Assembly: GCA_963736125.1 (NCBI GenBank)
Contig: CAVTNQ010000005.1
Location: forward strand, 64,218 to 128,217
Length of the DNA stretch: 64,000 bases
Source: Candidatus Latescibacterota bacterium
GTDB taxonomy: Bacteria; Krumholzibacteriota; Krumholzibacteriia; WVZY01; JAKEHA01
Reading direction: 5' to 3'
In this document: positions 58,411 through 64,000 of the stretch, piece after piece
Layout of the letters: each line of letters starts with the position of its first letter
How positions within the stretch are numbered: the stretch's first letter is position 1
The notes under the pieces: model-generated
What the model saw: the letters and a program-made list of their open reading frames with translations, nothing else
Told to the model about the DNA's origin: nothing
Database searches by the model: none
Position numbers and translations under genes: made by a program

Positions 58411-59580
58411 TCAATTCGTCTTCGAAACGCCGAGTGTCGCCGATTGCGTTTCGATCAGGTATTCGGCCATCCTCGCCGCCCAGAATTCATTGAAGGCGGG
58501 GTTGAAGTGCCGGCCGCTGTGCGCGTTGTTAGTAGGACCGGCAAACTCGCTGAGGGCGGGCATCGCCGTGGTGATGGTAACCGGACACTGGACGAATTCC
58601 GCCGATTGGCGGGCGAGGTCCGCCACCTCATGGACGTACCATTCGGGTGTGGTCGCGATGAAGGTGTGAACCACGACCGCTCCCTGCGACTTCGCGGCCG
58701 CGTGAATACAATTCAACGATTCGAACATGAGATCGCGTTGGATCGGTACCAGTTCCTTCCGCTGGAGCAGGCTGTCGGGGCTGAAGTCTGACTTCAAGGT
58801 CGCGGTATCGAAGGTCAGCGTGCGCATTCCGATGGTGACGCGCTTCGGATACCACACGACGTCGCCCGTACGCCGATACGACCACAGCAGGTCCTGCGCG
58901 TACGGATCGCCCGCGTTCTCGTCCGTTGCCGGCGCATCGGCGCCCACTCTCGTGAGCAATAAGTAGCGACATAGATTCACAAGATGGAACCAGCTGCGCT
59001 TGGAGTCCACGTTTTCGGTCTTCCAGAGACCGAGATGGTAACCAATTGCATGGTAGTTATCGGTGGCATCGTTGACCGAGTGTTGCAGCAAGACGAGCCG
59101 GACGTGGGCTCCCGCGTGGCGACGAAAGAAGTCGTCCAGGCGATCACAGCTTTGAAGTATGCCGTACCCACCGACTCCCAGGTTGACGACGCGCACGCGG
59201 CCGTCCGACGCGTCGTTCAGCGATTTGTCCAGGTGCGAAGCGAATGACTCCTCCGTCGAAACGCCCCAACCGAACGAGTAGGAATCGCCGCACAAAATGA
59301 CGAGGTCCTTGGTGTAGTCCACGTCCCCCAATTCGCCCAGCCGATAGCCGTCCGCGTCCGTGCGAATCTTCATCGAGAAATCGGAGCCGTAGAAATCGTG
59401 GTGGAGTCGTGGGGCGGGCTTCCACCCCAATCGGTCATCCGCTTCGTAGAAGCGAGGACGCGGGCCGAAGCGTTGGCCATACAGCACTCTAACGGTGACT
59501 TCTGCGGTGACCGCGCACAACACGATCGTCGACGCTAGCAGCGCGGCAACCTTCGCGGAATGCTTCAACGAAGTCGCCAT
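58411..59580 (-). CDS. SGNH/GDSL-family hydrolase, membrane-anchored (tandem paralogue B)
   Basis: It shares roughly 60% identity by eye with paralogue A, including LVILCGDSYSFGWGV. Confidence 0.7.
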   Translation of the reverse strand: MATSLKHSAKVAALLASTIVLCAVTAEVTVRVLYGQRFGPRPRFYEADDRLGWKPAPRLHHDFYGSDFSMKIRTDADGYRLGELGDVDYTKDLVILCGDSYSFGWGVSTEESFASHLDKSLNDASDGRVRVVNLGVGGYGILQSCDRLDDFFRRHAGAHVRLVLLQHSVNDATDNYHAIGYHLGLWKTENVDSKRSWFHLVNLCRYLLLTRVGADAPATDENAGDPYAQDLLWSYRRTGDVVWYPKRVTIGMRTLTFDTATLKSDFSPDSLLQRKELVPIQRDLMFESLNCIHAAAKSQGAVVVHTFIATTPEWYVHEVADLARQSAEFVQCPVTITTAMPALSEFAGPTNNAHSGRHFNPAFNEFWAARMAEYLIETQSATLGVSKTN

Positions 59581-59608
59581 GGGAGCATTGCGGGCCCGGT
59601 TTTCGTTG

Positions 59609-61687
59609 CTAGGCCCTGCGACCGAGCACCGACTCCGCCACCAACGCGGCGATCGCGATCAGCAGAAACACGGCGAAGACCTCGCGGCCTTCTTTGGCCT
59701 CTTGCAGGTCGGTGCGAAATCCTTCGCCCGCGCGCACGACACTCACCGACTTCGGCCGCTTGTCCGCCAGACCCGAGACCGTGAGGTTCGATTCGCGCGC
59801 GTCGACGTTGACCGCCACTTCGGCGACACGCGTCGTATCTCGATAAAGCCGGTAGAAGCCGGGGTGCGCGGGGCGGTCGAAGCCGACCTGCACGTCGCCC
59901 GCGCTGCGCTCTCCGATCGACGGCTTCAGCGATTCGCCGGCCGGATCGCGGATTGAAAGCTGCGACTCGTCGAGTCCCGTTTGCGACACCGTGAATGCGA
60001 TCGGCGCACCAACCAAGTGCTCGTCGGCGCCGGGTGCTTCGCCCGACGACGCGAGATACGTCACCGACGTGTGCACGAGGGGGAGGAACATCGGCGAGAG
60101 CGGGATGTCGCCGGTGGATAGATCCGGTGCGGCCGCGAACACCAGCACGCGGCCGCGGCCGCGCACGCATTCCCACACCGCGGGGTCGCCGCCGCCCACG
60201 TACGCGAGTGCGGAGTCGGGTGCGACACCGCGCGCGGATGTATACGCGCGTACCTTGGCGCGCGACAACAGCTCCAGCTCGTCCTTGGTGAACAGATTGA
60301 AGATCGGGTGGCCTTTTTCGAACGACGTAAACGCCGCGCGCGACTCGCTTCCTTTTTCCACACCGCCGCGAATCCCGACCAGCGCGCGAAACGCGGCTTC
60401 GTTCAAGATCGCGGGATCGGCGTTGCCGAGAAATACCATGAGGCCGCCGCCGCGCCGCACGTGGCGCTCCAAGAGCACCATGCGCTTGGGTTCGAGATTC
60501 TGCGGGTCGACCCACACCACCACACCGTTCGCCGGCAAGGCCGATGCCGTGACGTCGCGCTCGTCGATCACGTTCACCGCGAATTCGTTGTCTGCCGTCC
60601 CGCGCGGATTGAGTGCCTTCTCGACGTAGAACGCCGACGGCGCGGGCGCGTCGGGCGTCGCCGCGCGACGACGTCCGGTCACCACCGTCACCGGAATCGT
60701 GTTGGAGACTTCGATCAGAAAGAAGCGGTCGTCGTCGATCGGCAGCCGATCGCGATTCTTGCCGACGCGCCCGTGGTAACGCCCGGGCTGGGCGAGCGAG
60801 AGCGGGAACGTCACCGTCTGCGTCGCACTGGGCGCAAGCTCCAGCACCTGCTCGGCCTTGCGATCTCCGTCGACCACGACTTCGAGGGGCACGTTGGCAT
60901 CCGCGCGACGCGCGTGGTTGGTCGCCGTCACCGAGACCTTGACCACTTCGCCCGGCCGCAAAAGCTTGCGCGGCACGCCCACGCGGTCGATGCTCACGTT
61001 GTCGACGTCTTCGTCGTACACGGGGATGAAATACACGCGCACGTCGGCGGGAATCTTGGTCTCGTCGACGAAAGCCGAGTCTTCGCTGGCGCGAAAGTCC
61101 GACACGACGTAGATCTCGCCGCCGTTGACGTCGCTCTTCGCGATCACGTCGAGCGCGCGGTCGACGGCGCTGCGTATCGACGTAGTTTCGCTCGTGAGCT
61201 CCACGCGCTCGATGGTGCCCTTGACCACGCCCTTGTTGCGCGTGCCCTGTTCGAGCAGGGCTTCGGCATTCTTGGCAAAGGCGACCACGTTGATCACGTC
61301 GCTGCTGCCCGCTTCGTCGACGACATCATTCGCGATCTTCTTGGCCGCGTCGAAGGCGGTCCCGCTCTCCATGGCGACGCCCATGCTGAAGCTCGCGTCG
61401 ATGCATACGACGACGTTCTTCGACACCGAGCCCGCGAAAAGCAGCCCGCTCCGTAGCGTCGGTCGCGCGAACGCGAAGACGAGGGCGAGAATCGCCAGGG
61501 TGCGAAGAATGAGGATCAGGATGCGTCGCAGGTTGATGCGGCGCATACGCTGCTTGTTGACTTCGTCCAGGAATTCCAGCGACGAGAACTTGACGCGTTT
61601 GACGCGCCGCCGGTTCAGCAGATGAATGATGATCGGAACCGCGGCCGCAACCAGCCCGATCAGAAATGCGATGTTGAGAAACCCCAC
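59609..61687 (-). CDS. BatA-like protein: aerotolerance-regulator N-terminal domain plus von Willebrand A domain
   Basis: MGFLNIAFLIGLVAAAVPIIIHLLNRRR is BatA_N. VVVCIDASFSMG is a vWA MIDAS DxSxS motif. The product is 692 aa. Confidence 0.8.
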   Translation of the reverse strand: MGFLNIAFLIGLVAAAVPIIIHLLNRRRVKRVKFSSLEFLDEVNKQRMRRINLRRILILILRTLAILALVFAFARPTLRSGLLFAGSVSKNVVVCIDASFSMGVAMESGTAFDAAKKIANDVVDEAGSSDVINVVAFAKNAEALLEQGTRNKGVVKGTIERVELTSETTSIRSAVDRALDVIAKSDVNGGEIYVVSDFRASEDSAFVDETKIPADVRVYFIPVYDEDVDNVSIDRVGVPRKLLRPGEVVKVSVTATNHARRADANVPLEVVVDGDRKAEQVLELAPSATQTVTFPLSLAQPGRYHGRVGKNRDRLPIDDDRFFLIEVSNTIPVTVVTGRRRAATPDAPAPSAFYVEKALNPRGTADNEFAVNVIDERDVTASALPANGVVVWVDPQNLEPKRMVLLERHVRRGGGLMVFLGNADPAILNEAAFRALVGIRGGVEKGSESRAAFTSFEKGHPIFNLFTKDELELLSRAKVRAYTSARGVAPDSALAYVGGGDPAVWECVRGRGRVLVFAAAPDLSTGDIPLSPMFLPLVHTSVTYLASSGEAPGADEHLVGAPIAFTVSQTGLDESQLSIRDPAGESLKPSIGERSAGDVQVGFDRPAHPGFYRLYRDTTRVAEVAVNVDARESNLTVSGLADKRPKSVSVVRAGEGFRTDLQEAKEGREVFAVFLLIAIAALVAESVLGRRA

Positions 61688-61690
61688 GGG

Positions 61691-62602
61691 TTAGCCCATG
61701 CGGGTGCGCTTGCCGAGGTACGCGGTCAGCGCGCGGTCGAAGGGTGTGTCGGTGCGAAGGAGGTGATAGTCGATCTGGTGATTGCGGCACCCGCGCTCGA
61801 GGGTGTCGATCCACGCGCGCACGTCTTTCTTGAAGTGTTCGCGCAGGAAGGCGGGCTCTACGCGGAGCTTCTGCCCGGTCTCCATGTCCTCGAATTCCAC
61901 CGCCTCCTTATAGTCGATGTCCATCTCGCGCGGGTCGAGGATGTGGAACACGATCACTTCGTGGCGACGATGCCGGAAGTGCTTCAAGCCCATGAGCACT
62001 TTCTCGGGGTCGTCCATGAGGTCCGATATCAAGACGACCAAGCCGCGCCGGCCCATGCGTTCGGCGAGTTCGTGGAGGGCCGGACTGATGGAGGTCTTGG
62101 CTCCCGGCGTCGTGGTGTCCAAGGTGTGCAGAATCTGGAACAGTTGCTTGCGCACGGATCGGTGCGGGATCAACGCGCGCACGGCGTCGTCGAACATGCA
62201 CAGGCCCACCGCGTCCTGCTGACGAACCATCAGGTAGGCGAGGCTCGCGGCCAGCATAGAGCCGTACTCGAGCTTGGTGACGCCGCCTTCGGGAAAGCCC
62301 ATCGACCCGCTTTTGTCCAAGAGGATGTTCGCGATCAGGTTGGTTTCTTCTTCGAAGACCTTGACGTAGGTGCGGTCGGTCTTGCCGTACACCTTCCAGT
62401 CGACGGTCTTGATGCTGTCGCCCGGCATATAGGGGCGATACTCGGCGAATTCGACCGAGAAGCCGTGATAGGGGCTGCGGTGCAATCCGGCGATGTAGCC
62501 CTCGACGATCAGGCGCGCCTTGAGCTCGAGATTCTCGAGCTTCCCCACCACCGCCGGGTCGAGGTAGCGCGAGACTTGGGATTTGTCGCGTAAGTACGGC
62601 AT
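61691..62602 (-). CDS. DUF58 domain protein (MoxR-associated vWA-like)
   Basis: GLHRSPYHGFSVEFAEYRPYMPGDSIKTVDWKVYGKTDRTYVKVFEEE is the canonical DUF58 core. Confidence 0.85.
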   Translation of the reverse strand: MPYLRDKSQVSRYLDPAVVGKLENLELKARLIVEGYIAGLHRSPYHGFSVEFAEYRPYMPGDSIKTVDWKVYGKTDRTYVKVFEEETNLIANILLDKSGSMGFPEGGVTKLEYGSMLAASLAYLMVRQQDAVGLCMFDDAVRALIPHRSVRKQLFQILHTLDTTTPGAKTSISPALHELAERMGRRGLVVLISDLMDDPEKVLMGLKHFRHRRHEVIVFHILDPREMDIDYKEAVEFEDMETGQKLRVEPAFLREHFKKDVRAWIDTLERGCRNHQIDYHLLRTDTPFDRALTAYLGKRTRMG

Positions 62603-62627
62603 GTGCTTCCAATGAGTCTACGCGAAT

Positions 62628-63750
62628 CTAACCCTTCGGTTCCCGCGCGGCAAGCAGGCGCTGGTAGAGTGCCGCCGTCTCGTGCGCGACCGTTGCTTGG
62701 TCGAAGCGCGCCCGCGCGTTCGCCTGTGCCGCCGCCGCCAACACGCGCGCGACCCCATCTCTTTCCAATAGTGCGACGACGACGTGTGCATACGCCTCCA
62801 CACCCCCGCGCACGACGCGCCCGGTTTCGCCGTCGGTGACGACCTCGCGGTTGCCGGGGATGTCGGAGCACACGATGGGGCGACCCGCGGCACTCGCCTC
62901 GATCAGGAACATCGGCAGCACTTCGGGGTGCTCGGAGGGAAACACGACGACGTCACCCACGGCCAGGCTTGGGACAATATCGCGCTGGAATCCCACGAAG
63001 TGAATGATGGCCGGGGTGCCTTCGTCGCGCGCGACTTTGCGCACGCTTTCGAGCTCGGCTCCTTCGCCCACGACGAGCGCGTGCACGTCCTCCGAGGGAA
63101 GTCGTCGCGCGGTCTCCGCCGCGATGCGCACGAAGACGTCGAAGCGCTTCTCGCGAATCACACGGCCCGCCATCATCAAGACGCGCGCGTCTTCGGGAAT
63201 CCCGAATTCGCGACGCACGCGCGCACGGTCGACGCCGGCCACACGCGCCGCCACGCTCTCGACGTCGACGCCGTTCGGAATGAGCGAAATCTTCTCGCGC
63301 GAAATCCCCAGCGACTCCATGTCGGCCTGTTTGTCGTGGCTGATCGCGATGTAGTGGTCCGCGCAGCGCGCCATGATTCGACCCGCGATCCAGCGCGGCG
63401 CGCGCCGAAAGATGCGCGAATGGTGCGTCAAGACGCGAATGCTCGGCACGTGGCTGGCCCGGCGCGCGATCGACGCCACCATCGCGCACGATCCGCCGTG
63501 CGAATGCACGACGTCGGGCCGGATCTCGCGCAGTAAGAGCGAGAACGTGTGCGCCACGCGCAGCGGCAAGTGATTGGGGTTGTCGGTGACGTGGTAGGTG
63601 ATGCGATGGTCCAGGTTCGCGCGCAGCGGACCCGCCGCACTCGCGAAGTGGACGTCGAGGCCTTCGGTCGCGAGCGCATTGGCCAACGCGACCGACATCG
63701 CCTCCGCCCCGCCCACGCGGAGCGCACTGGTGAAGACGAGCACTCTCACG
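62628..63750 (-). CDS. glycosyltransferase family 4 (GT-B, EX7E motif)
   Basis: The GTG start at 63748-63750 overlaps the upstream TGA (GTGA). MRVLVFTSALRVGGAE is the GT4 N-terminal domain and FPSEHPEVLPMFLIEASAAGRPIV is the C-terminal EX7E region. Confidence 0.7.
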
Positions 63751-64000
63751 GCTGGGCGGTTTGGCTGGCCAGCGCCGCGCGCAACACCGGTTCGAGCGTT
63801 TCCGCGTAGTGACGATGCGCGAGCGCACTGGGGTGGCCGTCGTGCGGCGTGTTGGTGTTCTCGGGCACCTTCATGTCGACCGACATGTCGACGGTCGGCA
63901 ACCCCAGCTTGCGCGCGTAGTCCATCATATAGGGCTTGCCGTCGATGAACGCGAACACCATCGGGATGTCGTTGGCTTTGCACAGCGCCAGCATCTCGCC
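63746..64000 (-). CDS. C-terminal fragment of another SGNH-type hydrolase (N-terminus beyond the window end)
   Basis: ...PHDGHPSALAHRHYAETL resembles SGNH block V (DxxH). The gene is truncated by the window edge. Confidence 0.4.
   Translation of the reverse strand, partial: GEMLALCKANDIPMVFAFIDGKPYMMDYARKLGLPTVDMSVDMKVPENTNTPHDGHPSALAHRHYAETLEPVLRAALASQTAQP

Overview
This 64 kb window is a densely coding, high-GC (about two-thirds G+C by eye) bacterial chromosomal segment. I support about 52 protein-coding genes, mostly on the minus strand. I found no rRNA, tRNA, CRISPR array, integrase or transposase. The protein families present include a FlgD-Ig/T9SS-like C-terminal tail, a DUF4159/DUF4175 gene pair, many NTF2-like lipoproteins, SecDF, FtsEX, Mfd, MetG, PdxA/PdxJ, RsmA and HolB. 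From this I infer a Gemmatimonadota-like or other FCB-group organism, not a mobile or accessory island.

Main observations:
- At least 10 apparent frameshifts, every one a single-base insertion, hit essential genes such as metG and ftsE. I read this as consensus or assembly error, not pseudogenisation.
- A five-gene envelope operon, DUF4159-DUF4175-TPR-(secreted/DUF456 protein)-SGNH hydrolase, has a near-consensus promoter whose -10 is flanked by a 10-bp direct repeat. A DUF58/BatA-like vWA pair lies at the far end of the window with no MoxR ATPase.
- Four NTF2-like lipoprotein paralogues form a tandem array. One gene is internally duplicated and one is doubly frameshifted. Duplicated terminator hairpins abut the next start codons. 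An outer-membrane beta-barrel gene lies beside the array.
- A 1670-aa sensor histidine kinase has no response regulator anywhere in the window.
- A TatD nuclease is fused to a cysteine-motif-less, radical-SAM-like C-terminal extension.
- A perfect 26-bp palindrome sits 3 nt upstream of the start codon of an FAD oxidoreductase.
- Three tandem SurA-like PPIases lie downstream of mfd.
- Four SGNH hydrolase genes (one truncated at the window end) and a GT4 glycosyltransferase are spread across the window.
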